Notes: generated from the sequence alone by a model not told the origin. Positions 1-11,457 are shown, counted from the stretch's first letter. The stretch: DNA of 57,758 nucleotides from an uncultured delta proteobacterium (GCA_963808625.1 CAWEHK010000048.1:1-57758); one strand, 5' to 3'. Numbers and translations: made by a program.

Positions 1-1330
1 CCCTCCTCGTGGATGCCCGCCGGAAACCTTTGATTACACAGTAACGCTGACTGACGACCAAGTGTTTCAATCCTTGTTCTTATGGATGCCCGCCGGAAAC
101 TCTAAACTTTACTCAGCTAGTCACCTCATCAGTGTTTCAATCCTTGTTCTTATGGATGCCCGCCGGAAACCGAACCGTATGCACTGGGTGATCCAATGTT
201 AATTGTTTCAATCCTTGTTCTTATGGATGCCCGCCGGAAACTCACTGATCTCCAGCGCGTCTGATATACCGATATGTTTCAATCCTTGTTCTTATGGATA
301 CCCGCCGGAAACCATGCCGCATACCTCGACGTTCTTCTGCATCGAGGGTTTCAATCCTTGTTCTTATGGATGCCCGCCGGAAACGCTAGCGACACTCAAG
401 GACCAGATGGCGGAAGGTGGTTTCAATCCTTGTTCTTATGGATGCCCGCCGGAAACAGTAGAGGTGCTTCCATGGCGATCTGACCAGGTGACAGAGTTTC
501 AATCCTTGTTCTTATGGATGCCCGCCGGAAACACGTTCGACAAATGCCTCTGCGTGTGACCAACCAAGTAAGTTTCAATCCTTGTTCTTATGGATGCCCG
601 CCGGAAACATCCAGTCAGATGCTGATACCGATGAGCCGCCAGCATTATGTTTCAATCCTTGTTCTTATGGATGCCCGCCGGAAACCGTCTGAGGCATCGC
701 AGTTTGGACTCCTATGATATGTTTCAATCCTTGTTCTTATGGATACCCGCCGGAAACCGGAGTCTGACAAAGCAATGCATCCCCGCCTCATGGTTTCAAT
801 CCTTGTTCTTATGGATACCCGCCGGAAACAGCAACGCACCGGTTCTTGACCTGGATATCTTAGGTTTCAATCCTTGTTCTTATGGATACCCGCCGGAAAC
901 GATAAAGGATTGAGGCTTACGCAACAGGCAGTCAGTTTCAATCCTTGTTCTTATGGATGCCCGCCGGAAACTGGGGTAACGGCAAGCAACGACAGTCGGA
1001 CTATTCAAGTTTCAATCCTTGTTCTTATGGATGCCCGCCGGAAACCACTGGCAGGCCCGCTAGTGACACCTCGGAATTGAGGGTTTCAATCCTTGTTCTT
1101 GTGGATGCCCGCCGGAAACAGGTGAGTCGGTCGCTATTACCTTCATGCAGACAGGTTTCAATCCTTGTTCTTATGGATGCCCGCCGGAAACATAAAACGC
1201 TTTGGGACGCTAAAGATGCCTTGAAGTTTCAATCCTTGTTCTTATGGATGCCCGCCGGAAAGCGTTCCCGCATTCGATCTGATGGGCTATGAGGTTTCAA
1301 TCCTTGTTCTTATGGATGCCCGCCGGAAAC
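1..1330 (-). CRISPR. CRISPR array: 18 full repeats plus a degenerate, truncated one at 1-27; spacers of about 32-40 bp
   Basis: Plus-strand repeat GTTTCAATCCTTGTTCTTATGGATGCCCGCCGGAAAC starts at 64, 134, 205, 276, 348, 420, 496, 572, 649, 721, 793, 864, 935, 1009, 1083, 1155, 1226 and 1294. On the minus strand it ends in ATTGAAAC (type I-B 8-nt handle). The degenerate repeat at left and AT-rich leader at right support minus-strand transcription. Confidence 0.98.
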
Positions 1331-1362
1331 CTCAATTTCGAAGAATACTTTGAGACATTGAA

Positions 1363-1902
<540 letters not shown>

Positions 1903-1933
1903 GGATTGTTTTTGAGTTTTACGCACTTTGCAG

Positions 1934-1971
1934 GTTTCAATCCTATGTTCTTATGGATGCCCGCCGGAAAC
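1934..1971 (-). CRISPR. Leader-proximal CRISPR repeat copy (1-nt insertion)
   Basis: gtttcaatcctatgttcttatggatgcccgccggaaac, preceded by a spacer-sized unique segment at 1902-1933. Confidence 0.85.
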
Positions 1972-2122
1972 CTCAATTTCCAACTCTTTGAGACATTGAA
2001 GTTGTTGTAATTTTTATGGTTGGGACTCCTTGCATGATGTTCAAAAGAATCAAGCCGACAAAAGGCCATTTTTCCTCTCTCCAGAGAAGAGTTAAAAGCT
2101 TGTTTTGCCTTCATCTTTTTCC
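1972..2122 (-). promoter_or_regulatory. CRISPR leader
   Basis: AT-rich non-coding 150 bp between the cas4 stop and the first repeat. Confidence 0.75.
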
Positions 2123-2713
2123 TCAAATCACCTTCTCACAAATATTTCTGTAGCAACAATCGACACACTTTGCGCCGTGCTTTGTGGGCCCAGGGTAAAC
2201 GCCTCTCTGAGCAACGTCCAGGAGATCTCTGACCACATTGTTCAGATCAGAATACATCTTCTCAGCAATATGCACTTCAATCAGTTTATTGCCACTCCGT
2301 GTGTAGATGATGTATCCACGATTTACCGGAAGTCTAAAATTCTCTTTTATCAGAATGCCATAAAATGCCAATTGGAATCTGTGGTTCTGAAAGGTCCTGT
2401 CCTTATATTCTGCATATTTGTAGTCAAGAGGGGCTGCGGTGCCGTCCTTCAGAAAAAGGATTTCATCCACAACGCCGCGAAGACCTGTTTCCGATGCCAG
2501 ATACACGCTTGTCTTGCGCTCGATGCATCCGATCTTCTTTCTCATATAATCCGGATTGACGCGTGCCTTGTCGTCGTGTACCGTCCGGCCTTGCTGTACT
2601 TTGAAGCGTTTTTCTTCGTGTTGAGAAATTCCCAGGTAGAGCTCGAAATACGTAAACCTTGGACAGAAAAGATATTCGAGTAGATTAGATGCTGTAACCG
2701 AGAATTCCTTCAA
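2123..2713 (-). CDS. cas4: CRISPR-associated exonuclease Cas4
   Basis: N-terminal YLFCPR, RecB-like GVVDE..LDYK, QLAFY, C-terminal CxxCCYxxxC Fe-S cysteines. Confidence 0.95.
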   Translation of the reverse strand: MKEFSVTASNLLEYLFCPRFTYFELYLGISQHEEKRFKVQQGRTVHDDKARVNPDYMRKKIGCIERKTSVYLASETGLRGVVDEILFLKDGTAAPLDYKYAEYKDRTFQNHRFQLAFYGILIKENFRLPVNRGYIIYTRSGNKLIEVHIAEKMYSDLNNVVRDLLDVAQRGVYPGPTKHGAKCVDCCYRNICEKVI

Positions 2714-2745
2714 GCACGACCTCCCACCCCTGAAGAATCTGGGGC

Positions 2746-3405
2746 TCAGCCAACATGAACCACTGTACCAAACCCTCTTGCCACTGATTTCCCCAGACCA
2801 AGGTAGTCGGGGATACGGAAATTTATGACAAACTTTCCACGAAACGAAAGCATTCTGTTGTCCTTGAAGTTCGAAGCCATCCCGGACAATCGCAGGTTAG
2901 TGAGGATGTGCGAATCCACATGGTAGCCAAGGGATTTGGACATGGACAGAATGTTTCCGACCAAGATGGACTTCAGGAGCCTTTCTTGGACGTCTTTGGA
3001 GCTTTGAATATATTGGCTGTAGTTCTTTTGATTGAGGGCCATCCAGGGAGTTGCAAAACAGTATTCGAAAAGATCATCTGCCTTGCCAAAAGTCTCCTCC
3101 GTCAACTGGATTTTCAGTTCCGAGTGGACACTTGGCCCGTAGCGACTCAGTTTCATTTCCCCTAGCCCGCCGTAAATTTCCTCCAAAACACCAATACCTT
3201 CCTCGATACCGATAACCATAGGAAATCTATTAATGACTTTATACTGAACTTTTGGATACTGGTACAAAAGACGACCAGCCTCCAGATGGTGGTGCAGGAG
3301 GGTATATTGAGGGAACTTGCCAGCCATGGCGCCCCTAAGTTTTGGTGTATCGCGGGCACAAAGTTCAATATCGCTAAAAATAATCCTCATAATCCTGAGT
3401 TTCAT
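2746..3405 (-). CDS. cas6: CRISPR endoribonuclease Cas6 (Cas6b-like)
   Basis: LLYQYPKVQYK, FATPWMALNQ, C-terminal Gly-rich loop GLGKSVARGFG; probable start MKLRIM. Confidence 0.9.
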   Translation of the reverse strand: MKLRIMRIIFSDIELCARDTPKLRGAMAGKFPQYTLLHHHLEAGRLLYQYPKVQYKVINRFPMVIGIEEGIGVLEEIYGGLGEMKLSRYGPSVHSELKIQLTEETFGKADDLFEYCFATPWMALNQKNYSQYIQSSKDVQERLLKSILVGNILSMSKSLGYHVDSHILTNLRLSGMASNFKDNRMLSFRGKFVINFRIPDYLGLGKSVARGFGTVVHVG

Positions 3406-3436
3406 GCTCCAAGCCTCCGACTCGACAGCAATCCCC

Positions 3437-5915
3437 CTAAAAAACAAAGCTGCCTGGCTCTTTTCTTATGAAACCGGTCAGTTTATCGTAGCACCCTTTG
3501 ACTTGTTCCTTGTTGACGTAAATGATTTCCCAATCGGCTACCGCCCTCCCGGGCGCTTTCTGTGCAGGCACACAAATGACATAGTTGTATAGGTCCTTTT
3601 TGATCCGGTTCAGCTCCCACTTTCTTTCAAAAGGGTCGTCACGGTGACAGGCTTCTCCGTACTGCCTCCATATGCGCTCAGCCTCAATGCCTACTTCGAT
3701 AAACAGGTCACGGGTGGGATATTCCGATTCAATCAGTCGAAATCTCTCGTTGTTGTCCCTGTCTTCACAGGCGGTGCAGAAACTGAGCTCGCTCAAAAGG
3801 TCGAGTATGAGCTCGGACGTGTCATCGGACTTACTGCCTTTAAGCCGCTCGAAATATTCGAGGCCCAAAGCCAGGAACTTCTTCTCGGGCAGCTCAGTTT
3901 TATCGCTCAGTACATCGATAGTCTTGGAAATGGTGAGGTCTGCACGACCATATATGTATTTGTAAAACTCCCGGCTGTTTTTCAACGAAAACAGCGTTAC
4001 CACGCCTTTCTTTCCTGGCTTGAAATTCCTGTTGCAGCGTCCTGCGACCTGGTTTACGGAATCGAGCGGGGCAAAGTCCCGATACACCCTGTCCACGTCA
4101 ATGTCCACCCCGGCTTCGACCAGTTGCGTAGAGACGATTATTTTGCGGCCCCTCAACTTCTTGATTGTCCTGATTCTTGCCAGACGATGTTTCGGGATAA
4201 TATTTGTCGAAAGGTAATAGAGCTTAACGCCCACAAGGTTTTGCTCCTTTACGTATTCCCGAATATCATCAAAGATGTTGATAGAACTGTTAATGGTATT
4301 CATTACGATAAGAAAACTATCCTGTGGATAGGTCAAAATATCTCCGCGTAGGATAGTCTTGAATTCATCAAGGCTCAGCGTTTCCTGGCTTCGGTTGACG
4401 AAAGTTATGCGGTCCAGGGCATCGAAACAGGCAGCTTTGGTTTTGGGGGAGACGAGCTCTTTGATTTCGTCTGCTTGAAAGATGATGGGCTGAGTCGCCG
4501 TCATAAACACGAACCGGGTGTGGAAAAGATGGGCGAACCGCAGGAACAACCTTCGCACCAGGTGCCAGTATTTGTAGGGAATGGTTTGAACCTCGTCGAG
4601 AATGACGATGGCATTAACGATGGCGTTGAATTTCCGAAGCATCCGGTTCTTGTTTGAGATGAGCGTATGGAAAAGCTGCATGAAGGTCGTGACCACAATT
4701 TCCGACTCCCAGCCTTCAATGAGGAGAAGGCTTTCGTCCGGTGGGGCTACTTCATCCTCTTGAAAACGAAAAGCGATTTCAGCCAGATGATGGTGCTTCA
4801 GCAGGATATTGCTCTCCGGTCGCCGTTGCTCGACCACTCGAAAAATGTCCTCAAAGACACTGAAATTCTGGTCGATAATGCTGAGGAAGGGAAGGCAATA
4901 GATGATTCTGGGCGTAAATCCTTCCCTTTGTTGGATTTGGCTTCTGAGCTTGAGGGCAAAGGAGAACGCCGTCAGGGTCTTGCCTGTGCCCGTTGGCACA
5001 TTGATGGAGTAGACTCGGTCTTGAAGATTGACGCTGCCAACAGCGCTGGTCACTTCATCGTAGATAAGATTGCGCAGGGGGTCGATCTGATTCACATGCC
5101 TGTCGGTCTTGAATTTTGCCAGACGATAACGGTCAACCAGATCGTCGGAGAGGAATGGTCTTTGATCGCCTGCCTGGTTGATCGACCTCATCCCGATTGC
5201 ATCCCTCTTATCCGCGCTCAGCAAGGCTGAATATAGAAACTGGAACAACAGATAGAGATCAATCCTGGTGTTTTTCCGATAAGTCCGAAACCTCGCCTTT
5301 TCTGCTCGCAGCATCTTTGTTCGGACCAGATCTTCAGCCTCCCGCCGGAACGATGCAAGATCAAATTCCACTTCCGGCCTGGCGGTCAGGATGGAATCGA
5401 ATGCGCCGGGCTCAATGCTGTCAAGCTGTCGCTTCACCACGGCAAGGGATTCGGCTCGCTGAGCGACAAGATCTCATCCCTGAGATTTCCGAGGTTACCA
5501 TGATGCCTCTTGACCGCCAGAAAAGCCAGTACGGGTAGGTATCCATACGCGGGATGGTCCAGAGAATACTTCGGGAAATGCCGTCTGCCACGATCCGGTA
5601 GGTGAAGAGCGAGGAGAGCAGGCTATGGTGGGTCTCATCCTTGTTTTTGAGCACCTTCTTCTTCTTTTCGTCCTTCTCACGAAGATAGCCTTGAAAGTAC
5701 CCGGTAGCCTTACCCAGATCATGGGCAAAACCCATCAGGAAAGCGGCATCTCCAAGGATCTCGCCATCGGTTTCGCCATCAATGGATACTCTTTTGTCTC
5801 TGATCTCGGAGCACATCACGGCGGTGTTATTCAAATGCTCGATCAGCAATTGCCCAGGACGCGCCAGAAGTCCTGTCGGTTCTTCGTCAGATGGATTCAT
5901 TGCCTTATAATTCAC
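3437..5915 (-). CDS. cas3: Cas3 HD nuclease-helicase (frameshifted near 5.45-5.6 kb)
   Basis: AHDLGK and HHSLLS in the 5' ORF; SADKRDA, PTGTGKT, LDEVQ, MTAT, STQLVEAGVDID and QVAGRCNR in the 3' ORF. Confidence 0.95.
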
Positions 5916-5935
5916 TCTGCACTTGTGGTGCTCAT

Positions 5936-6636
5936 TTACAGAAAGAGGACCTTGTCTCCGTTTGTCACCTCGAAGTAGTGTTCCGTTTGCGCCAGTATGG
6001 GCTTGCCGTTCCTTTCATAGACCACGGTCCCGAACTGCGTGACAATTCTCTTGCTATCCATCTCGAGCGGAATGTTGGCAGAAAAATACTCCTTCTCCTC
6101 TTCAAAGGTGACCAGAGTCCCTTCCTCAGGTATCACGCTGTTCAGAGCAACAGGTGACATCATCGAATGCCCGCTCTATTTCGAACTCTCCCACAAAGCT
6201 GAAATTGGCCAGCAGTTCACTCAATCCCAGAGAAACCGTGTACACCGATTCATGTTCTCCAGGGATCTCGCAGGCGGCTGAAGATCTCCGCTTTCTTGTG
6301 CTGGAAGTAAATCCTGTACCTGGGGTCTTTGACGTATTCCTGCCGGATCTGGGTCCTCTGCTTGATCTTGGAGAAGAGCTTCGCGCGTTTGGTGTCGATC
6401 AGGTTGTGGCTTATGCGAATCTTCTTGACAGGATTTAGCAGCCTTAATCCTATGGCAGCATCTTTCCTGAGGAAGAAGCGAGGGTACTCATTCTTCCCGA
6501 GTCCGACAATGGCGGAAATAATGCCTGCAATGGTAGGGCGCGGAGGAAAAGCGAAACTGAGTGGAGAGGTCGTGGTATAGGGCTTTTTGAAGTGCCCAAG
6601 ATCTCCCCATAGGTCAAAAACCAGAACGCTTTTCAT
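5936..6636 (-). CDS. cas5: Cas5, type I-B (frameshifted)
   Basis: VFDLWGDLGHFKKPYTTTSPLSFAFPPRPTIAGIISAIVG N-terminal signature; continues through a YTVSLGLSELLANF-type segment into ORF 5936-6163. Confidence 0.92.
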
Positions 6637-6647
6637 GTCTTTCTCCA

Positions 6648-7573
6648 TCAAGAGAACGTGATTTCGCTAGCCACAATGCCTTTGAGAAGATCGGCGATAG
6701 TTGCTTCTTTTTCATCGGCGACGAGGGTGAGGCGTGAGTCGATCCGATAGTCGACGGAGGCTATCCTGGCAGAATGCCCTTGAAGTGATGCTTTCAAAGC
6801 GCTGACATCCAGCCGTAATTCGCTGAGTCCCGCAGTTTCACCACGGGCAGATCAGTTTTGATAGTCACCATCCGGTCAAGGTCGCCAATGAAAAACCCGG
6901 GGGAATTGTAGTTGATCTTCAACAGAAGTCGGCAACTGGCCGAACTTGGATCGCGAGATAAGGTTCCGTGTCCCTTCCCACATTCCTTCAACAAGTAACT
7001 CGATATCATCCTGGGTAGCATTGGTGTCCACAGCCGCCGCCGGATTCACAATTCCGTGAAACGCAATAAGCGGTAGTAGAGAATATCCTCTTCGCGAAAG
7101 GTGGATTGCTTTGCTCCCTCCTTTGAAGCAAACGCTCCGGTCCCTTTGATATGCTTCATTACAACCGGATGCAGAGAGCGGCCCATCTTGAACTGCACCG
7201 GACCTGTCAGGGTAATGGAATCCTTGGGCAGCGGTATTGTTCCACCGAAAAGCCTCACGTCGATGCACGATTTCAATATCTCCTCACGATGGCCGTTAAA
7301 ATCCATTGCACGTGTCTTGCCGTCCTGTATTTTTCCCTCTTCGTCGGCGATCTCTCTTACGAAGATGTCATTGCCATTTTTTCCATTGTAACCTTTATAC
7401 GTGTATAGGTAATCTCTGATCGTCCGCTTCAAGCGTACATCCGTGACGATGTTATATCCAGTCTCCTCGTCAATACGAGGTTTATTTTCGTCCAGAGGGT
7501 CTCCATTAGGATTGGCATCCTTCACATCGTAGAGAAAAAGCAGTTCCGCTTTATTCGTCAGGCTGCTCATCAC
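6648..7573 (-). CDS. cas7: Cas7, type I-B Csh2-like (frameshifted)
   Basis: ANPNGDPLDENKPRID, TDVRLKRTIRDY, DVRLFG, TGPVQF; later frames give WEGTRNLISRSK. Confidence 0.95.
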
Positions 7574-9446
7574 CTTCCTCCTTCTTTGCGTTGAATAGGC
7601 CGGCCATGTTCATTCCCATGGTGAAATAAAAACTAATTTCGTCATTGGTACTCACCCATTTCGGTCCAGCAGCGATCATATATTGGGCTATGAGAGCCTC
7701 ATGTTTGCGGTAGAACTTATTCTTATCGTACTCTTCCAGTTTGTTTTGAGCCTCGTATGACAGCCTTTTCACGAGTGCTTCATTGAGCCGAAGTCCCTGC
7801 AATTTCGTACGGAAGGGCGTAGCATTTTTGTCCTTCCACTGTATGTTGAGCAACTTCTGCACCAGTACTCCCACAAGGAAGCACGCCTTCTTTTCAGCAA
7901 GGTCAAAGAATCCACGGTGCGCTTCAAAAAAAAGGTTAATTTTAGCAGGGACATCAGTCTCTCCCGTCCCGAAAGCATCCTTCAGTTCCTCGATGGGTTG
8001 AATATCCATACGTTCACCTCCTTTGCTCAAAATACGCAAGTCTGCTAGATAATTCAAAAGCATATAGCCGGAAAGACAATCGCGCTTTATATATTCATCC
8101 TTCACAAAGCTTGATCGTAGCTTTCTCATGATTGCCTGGATCAGAAAGTGATAATCGATACTCTTCAGGGAAAAGATCTTTCCCACGAGATCGAGGAAAT
8201 GTTCATCGAAAGATCTGGTCTTGCTCACATAGGGAAAAAAGTCCCTGAGCACTTTGAAATTAAACACAAGCAATCTCTTGCCATCTTTGTGAGAGACTTC
8301 TCGTTTGAAGATATCAATTTCATCAAGCCTCGCTTTGGCCTTGAAGAGCAGCCTGAAGCGAGAAGGCAGGACATCTTCCACATGCAGCAGAATGTTGAAG
8401 GCAGCCTGCTTCTCTCTGTAGAAGAGGAGATCGAAGCTCACATAGTCTTGCTTTTGGCTGAGCAACTCAAAAACCTCAGCCTCGGCATCCGTGAGGCGAT
8501 TGATATACTCCTGTTGGAAGCTGGCCTGTATGAATCTTTCTGCCCTATCCGCAAGTTCGCCCTCAAGGACATCGAGGACTTCTTCCATCGTCTGATCGCT
8601 GAAGAACTTTGGAATAAGAAGGTATTTAAAGCCATAGAAGCTGAAGTTGAGGTTGTCGTTGAGGTGTCGTTTGCCGAGTTCAAGGTTGCATGCGCAGTGC
8701 AGGCAGACAGGATAATTCTTCCAGGCATGCTGCTGCTTGAACCCACCGGTTACGAACCCCGGTTTGTCCACAGTGTAAAAGTTGTATGTGTTGACAAATC
8801 CATAGACTTCCGGCTGTTCGGTCAAGCATACCGAGCAGTGCTTGTTGTGGCCCAGGGATTTGGCGCCATACTGCTGATAGTATTTTGATTTGGACTTGTT
8901 GATGAGGACCTTCTGAAAAAGTTGCAGATCTCCGATATAAAACTTATCAGCACCCTCTAAGAGAGCGATCGTGACTATGGCGCCTTCCCCTTTTTCAAGC
9001 TCATTTGCCTTCTGGACCAGCCGCTGCTCAATGGCTTCGGTACTGGCAGAGAGAGCGTCGTTTATGGCCTTGGCGGTTCGCAACTCCTCCTCATTGAGTC
9101 CCAACTCCTTGCTTTCTTCCAAAATATCGCGAACGCTTCGCAAGATCTTGTTGTTAAAGGTTTTGCTGATGTCACCGGCAAACTTGGATGTCGGAGTGAT
9201 ATCAGACCCCTGTGAAGCACCTCGACGGTACAGATACTTAAGTAGATATGCCTTGGTGAACTCATCGACATCCACATCCTTGAAGACATAGCCCGCTTCC
9301 TGCTGTTCAAGGAGGATCACAAAGACCTTCCGGATGCCCCCTTTTTCATTGGGATTCTGGACGAAGTTACTCAACGATCCGGCAGTGCCATCCTTTGAGC
9401 CTGCCCACTTTCCGATTTTCATGATGGCAGTGATCATGTGCACCAT
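7551..9446 (-). CDS. cas8b: Cas8b large subunit (TM1802/Csh1-like)
   Basis: 631 aa; CSVC..YTVDKPGF..NYPVCLHC zinc motifs; C-terminal EISFYFTMGM; directly upstream of cas7. Confidence 0.92.
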   Translation of the reverse strand: MVHMITAIMKIGKWAGSKDGTAGSLSNFVQNPNEKGGIRKVFVILLEQQEAGYVFKDVDVDEFTKAYLLKYLYRRGASQGSDITPTSKFAGDISKTFNNKILRSVRDILEESKELGLNEEELRTAKAINDALSASTEAIEQRLVQKANELEKGEGAIVTIALLEGADKFYIGDLQLFQKVLINKSKSKYYQQYGAKSLGHNKHCSVCLTEQPEVYGFVNTYNFYTVDKPGFVTGGFKQQHAWKNYPVCLHCACNLELGKRHLNDNLNFSFYGFKYLLIPKFFSDQTMEEVLDVLEGELADRAERFIQASFQQEYINRLTDAEAEVFELLSQKQDYVSFDLLFYREKQAAFNILLHVEDVLPSRFRLLFKAKARLDEIDIFKREVSHKDGKRLLVFNFKVLRDFFPYVSKTRSFDEHFLDLVGKIFSLKSIDYHFLIQAIMRKLRSSFVKDEYIKRDCLSGYMLLNYLADLRILSKGGERMDIQPIEELKDAFGTGETDVPAKINLFFEAHRGFFDLAEKKACFLVGVLVQKLLNIQWKDKNATPFRTKLQGLRLNEALVKRLSYEAQNKLEEYDKNKFYRKHEALIAQYMIAAGPKWVSTNDEISFYFTMGMNMAGLFNAKKEEGDEQPDE

Positions 9447-9464
9447 CCTCCCAAAACAAAAGGG

Positions 9465-11195
9465 TCACTTCATCTCATGCAAGACGTCACTCGTTTTTCG
9501 CATATTAAGAATGGAGAGTAATTGGTCCAGTTCGCGAAAGGTTAGGCACCAGACTCCAGACTCAAGAGCCTCCCTGCAAAAACCCGACGGGGCTACACAC
9601 ATCAGTCTGTGAATGGGGATCTTTGCTTTCTGCTGGAAGAAACCTTTCTTCCTCAGCAATATGTCGATCTCCTTTTTAGTTACCGTCTTGCTTCGATGTT
9701 TGAACTCGCAAATCCAGTTCTCCTCGCCGATGCAAAGGGCGTCTATCTCAATATTTGAGGGCTTACCAAAAACCACTCCCAGCTCATCGAAATCGTTGCT
9801 GGAGTCAACCGCGTCGAACTTTGGCAGGAGCAACTCTCCATAGCGCTGCCCACTGAACTTCCGCAACATTTCCCGCAGATAGTACTCAAAGTATATTCCC
9901 AGTTCCGTCTTGAGGCTTGCGATGTACTCCTGGTAGTTCTGGGTGATCTTTCTGCTGATTGCATCCAGCCTTGGTTCATTCTGACCATGCACCGCGTTTA
10001 ACCAGATCTGCAGTGCCGGGTCGGATATAAGATAGCGTTTGTCCTTTCGCTCAATCAGGTCCAGGTTGTACAGAACGGAAAGAGGAGTGGTCAAGTAGCC
10101 AGTGCTCCTTTTCATCTTTCGAGCCAAATCGGTCAGAGACAAATCGCCTGAGGAGAGCTCTCGCAGTACCTCTTTCAGCAGGGCAACCTTCCTTACCCTG
10201 CCCAAAGATGTCTCGAAAAGGTAGCGGCAGTGGGAGTAAAGCCTGCCCCTGGTAATTTCAAAAACAAACGCCTCTTCGACATGTTGCTTGCTGATGATAG
10301 CAGTCCCGCCGGAGAGTCTTTCCGCTGAAGCAATAATGGCAACCAGATAAAACGGGTGGCCATGAGAAAGATTATAGATCAAGTTTAAAGCCTCGCCCGC
10401 AATAGTCTTACTGGTGCATCGGTGCACGAGATCGCAGGCATCATCTTTGTGGAAAGGTGTAACGTTCAGCCGCTCAACTCTTCCATAAAATGGCGAATCG
10501 TCACTTTCCAGAATATCGATCATCATTCGCACCGCGGAACCTGTAAACAGATACCATACGCTTTTCTGACCGGAGATAATGTTCTGCAGGAACCCTAACA
10601 GCTTGCTTCCACCGATTCCCCTGTTGGCCCTCGGGCGCATTGAGACGTTGCTCTCCAGGCCCTTGTAACTTCCCAGGTCCATAATGGCCTGGAACTCATC
10701 AAAAACCACTGCAGCTGTCACTCCGGCTTCGGTCGAAAAGGCGTCGATAAATCGCAGGACCCGGTCCAGAACAGGCCGCTCCTCTTCTGGCGACGGAGGA
10801 AAGTATGAGAGCAGGAATCTGGAAAGATCAGTCAGCACCTTGCTGCCTATTTCATCTGCAACACGAACTAAAATGGAAGGGTTGACCTCAAGGTCATCCA
10901 ACTCGGGAACCTCCATGTGTCGGATTTGTTGCGTGTACGCCCTGAGAAAGGCAAGAAGTAGGCGTACGGCAAACTTTCCGGGCGTGCCCATATTCCCTTG
11001 AACATCAAAAATGATTTTGACAGTACTGTCGCTGTTCAGTGTCCGCAGGAATTCCTCGGCAATAGAGCTCTTGCCGATTCGCCTGGGACCAACGAGGACC
11101 GCATTTTGATGCGGATAGACAGCACGAAGATGCTCCAGAAGAGTTCGTCTGTTGATAAAATCTGGGCCCGTCGCTGGATGTGAAATCGATATCAT
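9465..11195 (-). CDS. Archaeal-ATPase-family (STAND-like) ATPase with winged-HTH and C-terminal PD-(D/E)XK nuclease-like domain
   Basis: Walker A GPRRIGKS, Walker B VVFDEFQ, FTGS, PFYGR, GHPFYL; wHTH SLTDLARKM..YLISDP; C-terminal FEYYLRE..EIDAL..ICEFK; GAGGT RBS; intact 576 aa. Confidence 0.85.
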   Translation of the reverse strand: MISISHPATGPDFINRRTLLEHLRAVYPHQNAVLVGPRRIGKSSIAEEFLRTLNSDSTVKIIFDVQGNMGTPGKFAVRLLLAFLRAYTQQIRHMEVPELDDLEVNPSILVRVADEIGSKVLTDLSRFLLSYFPPSPEEERPVLDRVLRFIDAFSTEAGVTAAVVFDEFQAIMDLGSYKGLESNVSMRPRANRGIGGSKLLGFLQNIISGQKSVWYLFTGSAVRMMIDILESDDSPFYGRVERLNVTPFHKDDACDLVHRCTSKTIAGEALNLIYNLSHGHPFYLVAIIASAERLSGGTAIISKQHVEEAFVFEITRGRLYSHCRYLFETSLGRVRKVALLKEVLRELSSGDLSLTDLARKMKRSTGYLTTPLSVLYNLDLIERKDKRYLISDPALQIWLNAVHGQNEPRLDAISRKITQNYQEYIASLKTELGIYFEYYLREMLRKFSGQRYGELLLPKFDAVDSSNDFDELGVVFGKPSNIEIDALCIGEENWICEFKHRSKTVTKKEIDILLRKKGFFQQKAKIPIHRLMCVAPSGFCREALESGVWCLTFRELDQLLSILNMRKTSDVLHEMK

Positions 11196-11213
11196 TTGAC
11201 CTCACTTACCTGG

Positions 11214-11255
11214 GAATCCCTACGCATCCGTAGGCCTACGGATGCGTAGGGATTC
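11214..11255. repeat. Perfect 42-bp palindrome
   Basis: gaatccctacgcatccgtaggcctacggatgcgtagggattc equals its own reverse complement. Confidence 0.95.
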
Positions 11256-11276
11256 TTGTATAAACCAACGAAGCAA

Positions 11277-11305
11277 AGTATGAATGAGGCGAAGCGAGAT
11301 GTCAA
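11277..11305 (-). promoter_or_regulatory. Putative sigma70 promoter of the ATPase-Cascade operon
   Basis: Minus strand TTGACA-17 bp-CATACT, about 80 bp upstream of the ATPase start. Confidence 0.6.
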
Positions 11306-11457
11306 GCGTCAAGTACTTGGGCACCTACCTGATCAATGATGGGACTCTTATCATTTTGGGCGTCCCATAGAGCAGCGCCGCCTGCCCCCGATGTATTGAC
11401 CCAGAAGCTCCCCATTATATACCATAGGCTCTAACCAGCTGATTCTCACTTGGTTCA

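Noticed and set aside
203..1292. Short ORFs with repeated FQSLFLWMPAGN peptides
   Set aside because: They are translations of CRISPR repeats.
3437..7573. Split cas3 (separate HD gene) or pseudogenised cas3/cas5/cas7
   Set aside because: The breaks fall inside domains, and the same single-base indels affect housekeeping genes (panB, mraY, purE, tsaC), so sequencing error is more likely.
11196..11457. CreTA-like mini-array between cas2 and the ATPase
   Set aside because: I found no recognisable degenerate copy of the CRISPR repeat by eye; a highly diverged one cannot be excluded.
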